64,000 nucleotides of DNA from an uncultured Candidatus Saccharibacteria bacterium (GCA_964398815.1 CAYNNZ010000004.1:8074-72073), one strand, 5' to 3'; shown: positions 38,891-48,850, counted from the stretch's first letter. Numbers and translations: made by a program. The notes: generated by a model not told the origin, from the sequence alone.

Positions 38891-38952
38891 TGTCTAGGAA
38901 GGGCCACACGGGTCGCGAGCCGCTGCCACCTGGCATGCTCGCGACTTTTCTT

Positions 38953-39951
38953 TTATTTGAAATACTTTTTTTGGTTCGAGATATGCTCCGCGAACGTCTT
39001 TGCGTAATGCATTTGTCCGTCGTCTCCGGTGAGGTAGTAGAGATAGTCCGTTTTTGCAGGCGTCAGCGCCGCCAGAAGTGACTCTCGACCCGGATTGTTT
39101 ATAGGCGTCGGTGGAAGTCCCTTGTATCGATAGGTGTTATAGGCGGAGTTCGATTTGAGATCTGCCTGGGTGGGCGCATAGCCGGTCCTGCCATAGATAT
39201 ACCCAAATGCCGCGTCCACCTGAAGCGGCATACCGATTGCCATGCGCTTCCAGAGTATTCCAGCGATGACGCGCCTATCCTCAAGCGTCTTCCCTTCTGC
39301 CTCAAGCAGCGAGGCCATGATTACCACATCACGCTCAGGGTGTGGTGATGCACGGAATTCTGCTTCGAGGCCCTGATTCGCATACGCAGCCTTCATGATG
39401 CTGATGACCTGCGTGGTGGTTGCGTCAGCGCGGAAGAAATATGTATCCGGGAACAGATACCCTTCTTCTGGAATTGCGACACTATCGAATTTCTGCTCAT
39501 CAATTTTCGGTAGATGTTGTGCGAGTGTCGCACCCATCTGGCGAACGGTCGTTCCCTCAGGGAATGTAATGCGCACCTGCGGGACTTCCGATGTTCCGTA
39601 TGCGAGAGCGCGTGCAAGCGCGAGTTCGCCCACTGGCTGCGGGAATACATAGTATCCGCTCCGTACACCATGCTGCCCCGGCAAGACTCGATAGAGCACA
39701 CGAAACAGGAGAGTTGAACGAATCAGCCCTGCGTTCTTAAGCACAGCTGCTTCGTGACGAACACTAACACCCTCATCCACGCCGATAGTCGTATTGGGAT
39801 GGAAAGTTACAGGCGACACAAAGAGATACCAAAACACGACAGCCGCCGGAACGACGAGTACGAGCAATGCACCTAGATACATCGTCCGCAGACGGCGAAA
39901 ATGGATGGAGAGGACAAGCGAAGCAACACGCAAAAAAGAAACAGGACTCAT
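38953..39951 (-). CDS. mltG: Endolytic murein transglycosylase MltG (YceG-like)
   Basis: N-terminal TM and C-terminal signature YNTYRYKGLPPTPINNPGRESLLAALTP; catalytic-region LLEAEG. 332 aa. Confidence 0.85.
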   Translation of the reverse strand: MSPVSFLRVASLVLSIHFRRLRTMYLGALLVLVVPAAVVFWYLFVSPVTFHPNTTIGVDEGVSVRHEAAVLKNAGLIRSTLLFRVLYRVLPGQHGVRSGYYVFPQPVGELALARALAYGTSEVPQVRITFPEGTTVRQMGATLAQHLPKIDEQKFDSVAIPEEGYLFPDTYFFRADATTTQVISIMKAAYANQGLEAEFRASPHPERDVVIMASLLEAEGKTLEDRRVIAGILWKRMAIGMPLQVDAAFGYIYGRTGYAPTQADLKSNSAYNTYRYKGLPPTPINNPGRESLLAALTPAKTDYLYYLTGDDGQMHYAKTFAEHISNQKKYFK

Positions 39952-39958
39952 ACCACTA

Positions 39959-41320
39959 CTACGTCGGCAGGTTAGACGGCGCTTCGGAGGTCGAGGATTG
40001 TATACGCGGTAGCGACGGCGTTGTGACGCCCGATGATGGGATATGGAATATCGTCGCGAGCTCTTCAGTGTTCATGACCTGCCATGGCATCTTGTACGGC
40101 TCATTGAAGTAGGAACGGCGGCGGTATGAGTCCACCAGTCCATGCGCGGAATGGTGATGATGATGGCCCTTCGGGTCCTCCCATGGCCAGTCATCGAAAT
40201 TGGCAAACCAGCGCGTAATACCGAATGAATTACCCTGCGCGGACGCGATTGGATTCCAAAGTCCGATAAGGTGCGAGACGACGATACCCTGATAGGCATC
40301 CTTCGGTGCGGTGTAAATAGAGCGAATGCCCACATCGAAGAGCGGCTTACTGAGTTTGCGCTCGAGCGCCTCCATCTGATTCATCTGGCCCTTTGTGGGG
40401 TTCGGGAAGCTTTCCGTCTCGAATGTCTTGCCGGTCGCTGGGTCCACATGGGTCTGCTTACGCGTAATTGACTTGCGGATTGCCTCAAGCTCTTCGTTCT
40501 TCTCGTCGAATATCGTGTACTGCTTACCGGAAGAATTCTTCTTGCCGATGTATTTATCATCCTTGGTCACGCGTACGAGGATTTGAATCCAGAATTGCTC
40601 TTTAGGCGAAAGCGAGCCAAGCATTTCGAATATCTGAGCAAGCGGATCGACCTGCTCTTCAGGCTTCGCGAGTGGCGAATCCGGCTTCATGAACTCAGCG
40701 TAGGTGCGAATTGGATAGACATCCTTCGCCGTGAATTTATACTCGCAGCCCCACAAATCCCAATCATGTGCGGTGGGGTCTACCTTGAGGCTGTAGTCTT
40801 CCGCTTCAATGATTTCAACGCCAGGGTACTGCGCATAGATATAGCTCTCGAGACCACGACGGAAGCCGACGCGCGTACGAACGAATAGATGCACGCGTCC
40901 ACCGAGCGAGACGATTTCATAGGACCACGATGGGCGTACCGCACCTATCACGAGACGCTTCCACCACGTGGATTCTCCCGGACGAAGGTGCATGGACGAG
41001 AACACAGCCTCCATCGCGAGTGGCGTCTTGCGGACGTCGCGCGGAATGCGGATTTCGAGCAGGACGTACTCCTGGCGAGCAATGAACGCGAGGCGGTTCG
41101 CAGTCACCCAACGTAGGAATGCGAATTTTCCGAGGACAATCGGGAGCCAGAGCGGCGAGATGACCGCAAGAAATTCAATGTTCCGCCACGTCTGGAGCGG
41201 GTCGAGCGTGAGGAATGCAATATTCGCCGCAATGAAGCAGATAATGAACGGCTGCGCAGAGACGAATATGCCTCGCTGGTGCGCAGCATGCAGGATGTCG
41301 AACCCGCCTCCGGAACTCAT
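39959..41320 (-). CDS. Hypothetical membrane protein (N-terminal TM helices plus large soluble domain; internal His5 run)
   Basis: 453-aa ORF. No confidently recognised family. Confidence 0.55.
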   Translation of the reverse strand: MSSGGGFDILHAAHQRGIFVSAQPFIICFIAANIAFLTLDPLQTWRNIEFLAVISPLWLPIVLGKFAFLRWVTANRLAFIARQEYVLLEIRIPRDVRKTPLAMEAVFSSMHLRPGESTWWKRLVIGAVRPSWSYEIVSLGGRVHLFVRTRVGFRRGLESYIYAQYPGVEIIEAEDYSLKVDPTAHDWDLWGCEYKFTAKDVYPIRTYAEFMKPDSPLAKPEEQVDPLAQIFEMLGSLSPKEQFWIQILVRVTKDDKYIGKKNSSGKQYTIFDEKNEELEAIRKSITRKQTHVDPATGKTFETESFPNPTKGQMNQMEALERKLSKPLFDVGIRSIYTAPKDAYQGIVVSHLIGLWNPIASAQGNSFGITRWFANFDDWPWEDPKGHHHHHSAHGLVDSYRRRSYFNEPYKMPWQVMNTEELATIFHIPSSGVTTPSLPRIQSSTSEAPSNLPT

Positions 41321-41377
41321 GAGGAAAAGTATAACAAACGAAAAGCCGCCCTTTCGGGCGGCTTTTCGTTTGGCTGA

Positions 41378-42445
41378 TTAAACAGCGGAGTAGGTGCCGT
41401 CTTTCGCCTTCTTGAAATAGCGCGTGTCGTTGAGGTTCACGAGGATGGTGTTGTCCTTCACATAGCGAACTTTCTTCACTGCTTCGATGACCTCGTCGCG
41501 CGTAAGTGCCTTGCCTGCGAGCACCTTCTTGATGACATCGCGCACGACACCTGGCTGGTAGCCCCACTCAGCGAGCGCGTAGAGACCGCGACCGACAAGC
41601 ACGAAACGAGAGTCCTTGATGAGCTCATTGTGCGTCGTTGCAACATGCGCCTTCTTGGAGAAGGTCTCGCTGATAGCCTTCGCCACATCAGAGAAGTGCA
41701 TCGGGGAGCCCTCCTTCTTAATGACGAGGTAGGCATAATCGCGAATACCCTTGGTGCGGATAGCAGGCGCGTGCGCCTTACCCCACTCAGCAAGCGGGTT
41801 CTTCGCGATGTTCTTTGAGATAGAAAGCCAACGCTTGAGGATTTCCTCATTGCGGTATGCAGCGTTCACCTCCTTGAGCTCCTCGAGGAACTTGTTGATG
41901 ATTTCACCTTCCGGAAGAACCTCAGCATCATCGAGCTGCGCGTAGAGACGCGTAAGCGCTGCATGGACCATGTCCGCAGTGCGGGAGTCGACATGCCAAC
42001 GTGCATAGAAATCATCGGTCTCGCGCTCGCGGAAGAACGCAGAACCGACTACGAGGAGAAAACGAAAACGGTTGCGGCTCTTCTCGTCAGACGCGAGGCC
42101 TGCGAGAAGCGCATCCTCAGGGACGATGGCGCCCTGCGCGTCGATGTAGGCGCGAAGCTCCTCAAAGGAACCCTCTACCTCACGGAACGCACGGGAGTGG
42201 CGGATGGCCTCAATGCCGGATGCCTCAATCTGGCGGACGCGCTCGCGCGTGATGCCCCAGCGCTCGCCAATGGCCTCGAGAGTCTCGCGCTCAGAGGAAG
42301 TGCCCAGTCCAAAGCGATAGACCAGGACCTCGCGGGCACGCTCAGGCACCTCCGCGAGGAGCTTCTTCACGAGGGCAGCGCTGTCGAACGAGAGCGAGCT
42401 CTTCGCCTTGCTGACCGCCTTTGATTTAGCCACTTTTTTCGCCAT
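41378..42445 (-). CDS. DNA-binding protein with sigma-70 region-4-like HTH (N-terminal) and HARE-HTH-like winged helix (C-terminal)
   Basis: ERAREVLVYRFGLGTSSERETLEAIGERWGITRERVRQIEASGIEAIRH is sigma70_r4-like. C-terminal FSDVAKAISE...ELIKDSRFVLVGRGLYALAEWGY is HARE-HTH-like. Confidence 0.6.
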   Translation of the reverse strand: MAKKVAKSKAVSKAKSSLSFDSAALVKKLLAEVPERAREVLVYRFGLGTSSERETLEAIGERWGITRERVRQIEASGIEAIRHSRAFREVEGSFEELRAYIDAQGAIVPEDALLAGLASDEKSRNRFRFLLVVGSAFFRERETDDFYARWHVDSRTADMVHAALTRLYAQLDDAEVLPEGEIINKFLEELKEVNAAYRNEEILKRWLSISKNIAKNPLAEWGKAHAPAIRTKGIRDYAYLVIKKEGSPMHFSDVAKAISETFSKKAHVATTHNELIKDSRFVLVGRGLYALAEWGYQPGVVRDVIKKVLAGKALTRDEVIEAVKKVRYVKDNTILVNLNDTRYFKKAKDGTYSAV

Positions 42446-42508
42446 ATTTCGTAATTAGTTGTGTGTTGTAGTTATATCAAATGTATTGCAAATCGTCAAA
42501 TACCCGCA

Positions 42509-45346
42509 TTAGACCACAAGATTGAGGATTCGGCCGGGCACGTAAATGACACGTGAAGGCCTCACTTTACCAAGTGAAGTCTTCACACTGGCAATCTGGA
42601 TGGCCATATCCACTGCATCTGCCTCGGATGCATCCGGAGCGATGGTTATTTCCCCACGTTTCTTGCCGTTTACCTGCACGGTAAGCACCACCTCATCTGC
42701 GACGAGAAGCGACTCATCCGCTGTCGGCCATGCCGCAGCGTGGACACTTCCCTCTTCTCCCAGAGTGCCCCAGAGATGCTCTGTGAGATGCGGAGCAAAC
42801 GGTGCGAGCAAAACCAGAAGGGTACGAACTGCCTGTCGCGGTACCGCTGGCAGTGCTTCGAGGTCGCGCACGAGCACCATGAGCGCAGAGAGGGCGGTAT
42901 TGAATTTAAAGCGGTCGATTTCGCCAGTTACTTTACTCGTCGCCAGTGCGAGTGCGCGTAGTGTTGCTTCGTTCGGCTCGCTGTCGTCTGCCTTACTGGC
43001 GAGTGCATACACGCGATCGAGGAATTTGCGCATCGACAGCGTTCCGTCCAGATTCCATGGGTAGTGACCTGGCTCGTTATATGGACCGATGAATGCGAGG
43101 TACATGCGCACCGCGTCAGCGCCGAATTTCGCCACTACTTCGTCCGGGTTCACGACATTCCCCTTCGACTTACTCATCTTCGCGCCGTCCGTGCCGAGCA
43201 CGATGCCGCGATTGAATCGTTCGGAGAATGGTTCCGACACCGGTGAGAGTGCGAGGTCGTAGAGCACCTTCGTAAAGAACCGTGCATACAGGAGATGCAT
43301 CGTTGTGTGCTCGCTGCCGCCTGAGTAGCGGTCTATCGGCATCCACTTCTTCATGAGCGCAGCGTCGGAGAAATCATGCTCATCCTTCGGGTCGAGATAG
43401 CGGAAGAAATACCAGGATGAGTCTACGAAGGTATCGAGCGTGTCGTATTCCGGTGTCCAGCCTTCGCCGAATATGCGCGTAACGCGCTCCTGGAGTTCTT
43501 TAGAAGACGCGAGCGGGGACTTTCCTTCGCCTGCAGCACCCGGCGTCATGTCGACATCTTCCGGAAGCAACCACGGGAGATGCTCAGATGGGATAGGGTG
43601 CGGATTACCTTCTGGGTCATAGACGACCGGTATCGGACAGCCCCAGTATCGCTGTCGACCAACTGACCAATCGCGTATACGGAACTGCTTCACCCGCTCG
43701 CCTCCGGCGGCCTCAGCGATATCCCAGATGGCTTCGCGGTTTGGCTTTCCGGTAAAGTCTCCGGAATTCGTGAGCAGACCATCGCCAGTGTAATGACCCT
43801 TTCCGAGGAATCGGGCGAGTGCGTACTGATGCTGGTCATCATGTATCTCCTTCACCGCAACCTCCGGCGTTACCCACTCCACGGTGAATTTACCCTTCTC
43901 ATCTTCTTCGAGCTCCTGCTCGCTCTGTGTATCGGATGCGAGCTTGAAATGCAGAATGGTCGTATGCGCGAGCGTTGCTTGATTCTTCGAGAATGCAAAA
44001 TAGGAATGATGGACCTTTTCGTCCGCACGTTCGATGAGCTCTAATTCCTTGTAGCCGGTCTCTTCGCCTATTTCTCGGCTCGCGGTAATTGCTGGGTCTT
44101 CACCCTCATTTACTGTCCCGCCCACGAGCAGGCGCCCACCGAGCTCTTTCGGCCAGTTGATGGTGAGCACTTTACCGTTGTGCTCGACAACGGCGACGAT
44201 TTTCTCCTTATGTTTCGGGTCGACTTGCTCTTCACCGGTAATCGGGTCGATGACGTAGCGAATTGGTAGGTTGTACTTCTTCGCGAACTCATAATCGCGC
44301 TCGTCGTGCGCAGGCACCGCCATAACAGCGCCTGTACCGTATGAGGCAAGTACGTAATCAGCGACATAGACCGGAATGGATTCCTTGGTCGCAGGGTTTG
44401 TTGCAGTGAGGCCATCGAGCACCACACCAGTCTTCTCTTTGTTCTCACTGCGCTCGCGCTCGGTCTTCTTCCCGGTCGCCTTCTGATATGCGCGAACCGC
44501 ATCGACATTGGTCGCGTGCGCAAGAAGCGATTCGAGTGCCGGGTGCTCCGGAGCGAGTACGAGGTAGGTGGCGCCATAGAGGGTGTCAGGACGGGTAGTG
44601 AACACCTGGATATCCGTAGTCTCCGATCCAGTCGCAACCGGGAATGTAATTTTCGCGCCGTCTGACTGCCCTATCCACGCGCGCTGCGCTTCTTTTATCT
44701 CATTCGGCCAGGCGAGCCCGTCGAGGTCAGCAAGGAGACGCTCCGCGTACGCGGTGATTTTGAGGAACCACTGCGTGAGCATCTTGTCTTCGACTTCATG
44801 TCCGCAGCGTTCGCATTTTCCATCCACTACCTGCTCGTTGGCGAGCACCGTCTTATCATTCGGGCACCACTTCACCGATGCGAGCCTGCGCTCTGCGAGT
44901 CCGTGCTCGAGGAACTTCGTGAAGAGCCACTGCGTCCACTTGTAGTAGGAAGGGTCGCAGGTGATGACTTCCTTCGACCAATCCATGGATGCGCCCATCG
45001 TCTCCAGCTGGCGACGCATGTTCGCCATGTTGTCGTAGGTCCATTTCTTCGGGTCGAGACCACGCTTTATCGCCGCATTCTCAGCCGGCAGCCCGAACGC
45101 GTCGAATCCCATCGGGAAGAGTACGTTCTTCCCTGCCATGCGCAGTTTGCGGGCGTAGATGTCCGTAAGTGCGAACGCATACCAGTGCCCGATATGCAGA
45201 TCTCCTGATGGATACGGAAATTCAAAGAGGAGGTAGTACTTCTCTTTGGTCTCATCCGTGAGGTCGGTCTCGTACAGATTGAGGCCTGCCCACTTTTGGC
45301 GGGCTGCCTGTTCTATCTCTACGTGATTGAACGACTCTCGCGCCAT
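42509..45346 (-). CDS. leuS: Leucyl-tRNA synthetase with a NUDIX hydrolase domain inserted in the CP1/editing region
   Basis: HIGH (PSGDLHIGHWYAF), TTRPDT editing motif, AVMAVPAHDERD, KMSKS (GAKMSKSKGNVV) and C-terminal VIYVPGRILNLVV. 945 aa, with a roughly 150-aa insertion between PIRYVIDPITGEE and GDGLLTNSGDFTG. Confidence 0.9.
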   Translation of the reverse strand: MARESFNHVEIEQAARQKWAGLNLYETDLTDETKEKYYLLFEFPYPSGDLHIGHWYAFALTDIYARKLRMAGKNVLFPMGFDAFGLPAENAAIKRGLDPKKWTYDNMANMRRQLETMGASMDWSKEVITCDPSYYKWTQWLFTKFLEHGLAERRLASVKWCPNDKTVLANEQVVDGKCERCGHEVEDKMLTQWFLKITAYAERLLADLDGLAWPNEIKEAQRAWIGQSDGAKITFPVATGSETTDIQVFTTRPDTLYGATYLVLAPEHPALESLLAHATNVDAVRAYQKATGKKTERERSENKEKTGVVLDGLTATNPATKESIPVYVADYVLASYGTGAVMAVPAHDERDYEFAKKYNLPIRYVIDPITGEEQVDPKHKEKIVAVVEHNGKVLTINWPKELGGRLLVGGTVNEGEDPAITASREIGEETGYKELELIERADEKVHHSYFAFSKNQATLAHTTILHFKLASDTQSEQELEEDEKGKFTVEWVTPEVAVKEIHDDQHQYALARFLGKGHYTGDGLLTNSGDFTGKPNREAIWDIAEAAGGERVKQFRIRDWSVGRQRYWGCPIPVVYDPEGNPHPIPSEHLPWLLPEDVDMTPGAAGEGKSPLASSKELQERVTRIFGEGWTPEYDTLDTFVDSSWYFFRYLDPKDEHDFSDAALMKKWMPIDRYSGGSEHTTMHLLYARFFTKVLYDLALSPVSEPFSERFNRGIVLGTDGAKMSKSKGNVVNPDEVVAKFGADAVRMYLAFIGPYNEPGHYPWNLDGTLSMRKFLDRVYALASKADDSEPNEATLRALALATSKVTGEIDRFKFNTALSALMVLVRDLEALPAVPRQAVRTLLVLLAPFAPHLTEHLWGTLGEEGSVHAAAWPTADESLLVADEVVLTVQVNGKKRGEITIAPDASEADAVDMAIQIASVKTSLGKVRPSRVIYVPGRILNLVV
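43787..44254 (-). other. NUDIX hydrolase domain inserted within leuS (Nudix box at 44051..44122)
   Basis: Own translation of the minus strand gives GGTVNEGEDPAITASREIGEETGY, a perfect match to the Nudix box Gx5Ex7REUxEExGU. It is flanked by beta-strand-like segments (KIVAVVEHNGKVLTINWPK ... FTVEWVTPEVAV). Confidence 0.85.
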
Positions 45347-45352
45347 GACTCT

Positions 45353-46369
45353 CTAGAGCGGCTTTGCGGCTGGAATGGGCGGGAATTTATCCGGGTCGAT
45401 AGTACGTGTGAAGCACGCAGTTCCTGCTTCGTGCTGCCAGTTGTCATCCATTCCGCCAAAGCTTGGAGAGGTTGGGTAGGCGATGTCGCGTCCCATACCT
45501 ACAGAACCACGTCCCTTCATGTCAGCTGCAGCCGTCTTGAAGTCGGCGCAGAGCTTGAACGTAAGCGGAGCAGTGCGTTCATACGTGTAGTTTGCACCTG
45601 TCTGCGGGTCGACCGGCACAATGAAATTCGAGAGCGGGTCATTGAGCAAATCAAGCGACTCAGGAAGCTTCTGCTTCTGCTGATAGTAGTACGTCAGCTG
45701 GTACTGAATGCTGGTGAGATCTGACACACGCTGGCTATCGAGGCGCAGGTCGCGCACATGGCCCGGAGTTCCAATGATGAAGAATCCAGCGACCACAGTT
45801 GCGAGTGCGGCAATACCGACAATGATGCCGACGAGATTTCCCTTCTTTGCGTTGCGTACCCAGTAGCCCTTCAGGTCAAGATAGAAGTAACCGAAGGTAA
45901 GGAGTGCGACTACGAGCACGGCGAGGACCTTCAGACCAAAGCGAATGGTTATCTCACCGCCAAGGAATGTATTGATAAGCGTAGCGAGGTCGATGAGCGC
46001 AGCGACGACTGCAATGAAGAGCGTGAGCACGAGCGCCCAGCGACGCACCCAGATGTTTGCCTTACCAGACTCTGCGATTATCGAGCCGCGAATGAGACGG
46101 AAAAGCACGAGCATCGTAGGGACGAGCACTATGAGTGCTGCCATAGAGGTGCGCACGGCGCCACCATATGGGTCTCCATATCCAGCGAGCGCATCCGGGA
46201 AAAGATAGTTAATGTACTCAAACTTAAGCGCGAGAACGGAAGTAACAGAGCCGTAGAGCGCGATGATGGCACCAAGCCAGAGGAAGAAATCGCGCGGGGT
46301 TGTTTTTGAGGAATTGCTTGCAGGAGCTGGAGCGGGTGTGTTTTCCATAGTGCGCGGATTATACCACAA
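45353..46369 (-). CDS. Hypothetical polytopic membrane protein
   Basis: 338 aa with at least 6 TM helices; periplasmic-loop region with Tyr/Gln-rich segment. Confidence 0.6.
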   Translation of the reverse strand: MWYNPRTMENTPAPAPASNSSKTTPRDFFLWLGAIIALYGSVTSVLALKFEYINYLFPDALAGYGDPYGGAVRTSMAALIVLVPTMLVLFRLIRGSIIAESGKANIWVRRWALVLTLFIAVVAALIDLATLINTFLGGEITIRFGLKVLAVLVVALLTFGYFYLDLKGYWVRNAKKGNLVGIIVGIAALATVVAGFFIIGTPGHVRDLRLDSQRVSDLTSIQYQLTYYYQQKQKLPESLDLLNDPLSNFIVPVDPQTGANYTYERTAPLTFKLCADFKTAAADMKGRGSVGMGRDIAYPTSPSFGGMDDNWQHEAGTACFTRTIDPDKFPPIPAAKPL

Positions 46370-46388
46370 AAAAGTTTCGCCCGCCGTC

Positions 46389-47078
46389 TCATGAAGAGTC
46401 GGCGGGCGTCTCGCGTGCGGCGAATAGTTCAGCTATGAGATCACTGACCAGTGGATAAAGTTCCTGGTCAAAGAGCGAAATGGGCGCACTTTTATCCTTA
46501 CCAAAGACCGATGTTTGGAGTTCATTGTACTCGGCCTCACTGAACGCAATGCCGAGGTAGCGGTTCCATTCGCAGCCGATATACATGCTCCAGTCGATGG
46601 CCCTGTCGTCTGTCAGACTGTACGTATTCCACGCATGGAGCATAGGGTTGGCCAGGTAACCGCAGACCATACCCTCCACGTAGCACAGACGGTTAGTGTC
46701 CTTATGCCGTCTTGCACCTTTATTGACGTTTCGCATCCACACCTGCGAATTGCCGAAGCATTCGCCGGCGAGAGGCTGACGGGGGAAGGTTCGGAATTTT
46801 GGTGATAATTCTGGAGTGGAGCGGTAATGGCGTCCTTGTTTCAGCAAGAGTTCAAGAGCATCCGGATGAAAGACGCACTTTCCAGGCATCGATGGTTGCA
46901 GCGCGAAGCCACTCCTCATGTGGGCGAGTTCAACGAGGGCGATATGCCCGATGAGACTATCGTGGCCGTCCGGAAAGTTCTGACTGAACCACTCATCAGC
47001 CTTGAACTTAAATTCTGGGTCCTCGTAGACGTAGTTCCATGCCTCCTCGTAGGAGGTGAAGGGTTCTTGGTCGGACAT
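46389..47078 (-). CDS. Hypothetical protein; weak transglutaminase-like/papain-fold Cys-His-Asp pattern
   Basis: Start at MSDQEPF. Segment C-x3-G...CYVEGMVCGY...HAWN...DDRAIDW is loosely reminiscent of a transglutaminase-like core. Assignment is tentative. Confidence 0.45.
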   Translation of the reverse strand: MSDQEPFTSYEEAWNYVYEDPEFKFKADEWFSQNFPDGHDSLIGHIALVELAHMRSGFALQPSMPGKCVFHPDALELLLKQGRHYRSTPELSPKFRTFPRQPLAGECFGNSQVWMRNVNKGARRHKDTNRLCYVEGMVCGYLANPMLHAWNTYSLTDDRAIDWSMYIGCEWNRYLGIAFSEAEYNELQTSVFGKDKSAPISLFDQELYPLVSDLIAELFAARETPADSS

Positions 47079-47165
47079 GTTCACCTCCTTGGCTGTCCGC
47101 CTGCAATAGAACACGAACGGGATGGAAAGTAAATCGACGCCAGGGTAACCGTATATACTTTAGGA

Positions 47166-47369
47166 ATGGAACCCACTGAACAGAAACTCGCTGCCCTTGA
47201 GCAGAAGATTGATGCAATTTATGTATCGGTAGAGAAAACGCGGAAGTATTTCCTCTGGACGATGGTTGTAACTATCGTCCTGTTTGTCCTTCCGCTGATC
47301 GGACTCGTATTCGCCATTCCGGCCTTCATGACCAATTACCTCGGTCAAATAAACAGCCTGGGTCTGTAG
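47166..47369 (+). CDS. Possible small membrane protein (67 aa)
   Basis: MEPTEQKLAALEQKIDAIYVSVEKTRKYFLWTMVVTIVLFVLPLIGLVFAIPAFM...; TATATACT -10-like box directly upstream, suggesting a leaderless transcript. Confidence 0.35.
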   Translation: MEPTEQKLAALEQKIDAIYVSVEKTRKYFLWTMVVTIVLFVLPLIGLVFAIPAFMTNYLGQINSLGL

Positions 47370-47382
47370 TTCGGTTTTTGGA

Positions 47383-48480
47383 CTAGCTGTGCAGAAACAC
47401 CATCACGTCACCGTCTTTGACCTCGTAGGTCTTCCCTTCGGTGCGTATATCCCCCTTATCGCGCGCAGCGCTCCATGAGCCGTCAGCAAGCAGCTTGTCC
47501 CACGCGACCACCTCGGCGCGAATAAACTTGTCGCGGAAGTCCTCATGGATAGCAGCACCCGCGTCAGGCGCGAGCGCGCCCTGCTTCACGGTCCACGCGC
47601 GACTTTCCTTCGGTCCGGTCGTGAAGAACGTGAGGAGACCGAGCGTCTCGTATGCGCCGCGGATGAGGTCTTTAATACCGTCATCCTGTACTCCGAGCTC
47701 TGAGCGGAACATATCCTTGTCGCTGTCTGCGACATCATTCAGTTCATGCTCGGTGCGTGCGTCTATAAGAACGTAGCTTCCGCCGAGGGACTTCACATAG
47801 TCATATGCCTTTTGCGCGCGGCCATCATTCATTTCCGCGAGGTTGTGTCCACCGGACTTACCATTGAATGCGTAGAGGATCGGCTTCAACGTGAGGAGAT
47901 TGAGGGATTTTATGAGCTTCGCTTCCTCAGATGTTAGTCCCGCCGTTATGGCGAGCTTTCCGGACTCCAGTTCAGTAGCAACCTTAACCAAAGCTGCTTT
48001 CTCCTCCAGTGCTTCCTTCTTGTTCATTGCGACGTCGCGCACGAGTTTCTCGAGGCGGCGATCCACACTATCCTTGTCCGCAAGAATCAGTTCGAGATTA
48101 ATCACCTCGATATCCTGCATCGGGTCAATTTCGCCATGCACGTGCGTAATATCCGGATCCTCAAAGAAACGGACCATGTGGAGGATTGCGTCCGTCTCAC
48201 GGATGTTCGAGAGGAATTGGTTACCGAGGCCTTCGCCCTCGCTTGCTCCCTTCACCAAGCCTGCAATATCGACGAATTCAATGACTGCAGGAACGGTCTT
48301 CTCGGATTTCGAAAGCTCCGCGAGCTTATCCAGGCGATCGTCCGGCACCGTAACGACACCCACGGAGGGGTCTATGGTTGCGAATGGATAGTTCGCCACG
48401 AGTGCGTTCGCTCGTGTGAGCGCATTGAAAAGGGTCGACTTCCCGACATTGGGAAGTCCTACGATTCCTATCTTAAGCAT
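47383..48480 (-). CDS. ychF: Ribosome-binding ATPase YchF (Obg family)
   Basis: Start at ATG 48480 (MLKIGIVGLPNVGKSTLFNALT). G-motifs and the TGS domain are present; 365 aa. Confidence 0.9.
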   Translation of the reverse strand: MLKIGIVGLPNVGKSTLFNALTRANALVANYPFATIDPSVGVVTVPDDRLDKLAELSKSEKTVPAVIEFVDIAGLVKGASEGEGLGNQFLSNIRETDAILHMVRFFEDPDITHVHGEIDPMQDIEVINLELILADKDSVDRRLEKLVRDVAMNKKEALEEKAALVKVATELESGKLAITAGLTSEEAKLIKSLNLLTLKPILYAFNGKSGGHNLAEMNDGRAQKAYDYVKSLGGSYVLIDARTEHELNDVADSDKDMFRSELGVQDDGIKDLIRGAYETLGLLTFFTTGPKESRAWTVKQGALAPDAGAAIHEDFRDKFIRAEVVAWDKLLADGSWSAARDKGDIRTEGKTYEVKDGDVMVFLHS

Positions 48481-48850
48481 TATCCCTACCTTACGGTGTT
48501 CGTCAGAAAAGGAAAAGGGCCGGCGCTTGCGCGTCCGGCCCAATCCAACCCTTCGTCTGGGAGAGCATAGGGTTGAGTGGCTCGGTGCTGTAGTGCGCAT
48601 GTCTCCGAGGTGCCTAGGCCTCGATGGGCACCACAGCGACAAGCCAGAGGCATCCTATACCAGCATCCTTCATGGGTCTACCTATTCAGTACCTAAACCG
48701 CACCAACTAGGTGCTTACTCACTAACGCTACACATATGACGACAGAAGAAATGAAGAAGAAGGAGGCTGATGAGGCAAAGAAGAAAGAGGAGGAAGTGGC
48801 GAAGAATTCTTCAGATAAGAAGTAAGCTCGCTCGGGCAAGCTCGCACAGA

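Noticed and set aside
38890-39081. 63-aa plus-strand ORF
   Set aside because: Overlaps the 3' end of mltG on the opposite strand. Hydrophobic shadow translation with no RBS.
48545-48735. Possible SRP RNA, RNase P, tmRNA or 6S RNA
   Set aside because: I compared by eye with the conserved cores (SRP helix-8 GGAAGGAAGCAGC; RNase P GGAAAGUCCGG / GGGUGAAA-GGUGCGGUAAG; tmRNA tRNA-like 3' end) and found no convincing match. It is kept only as an unassigned structured non-coding region.
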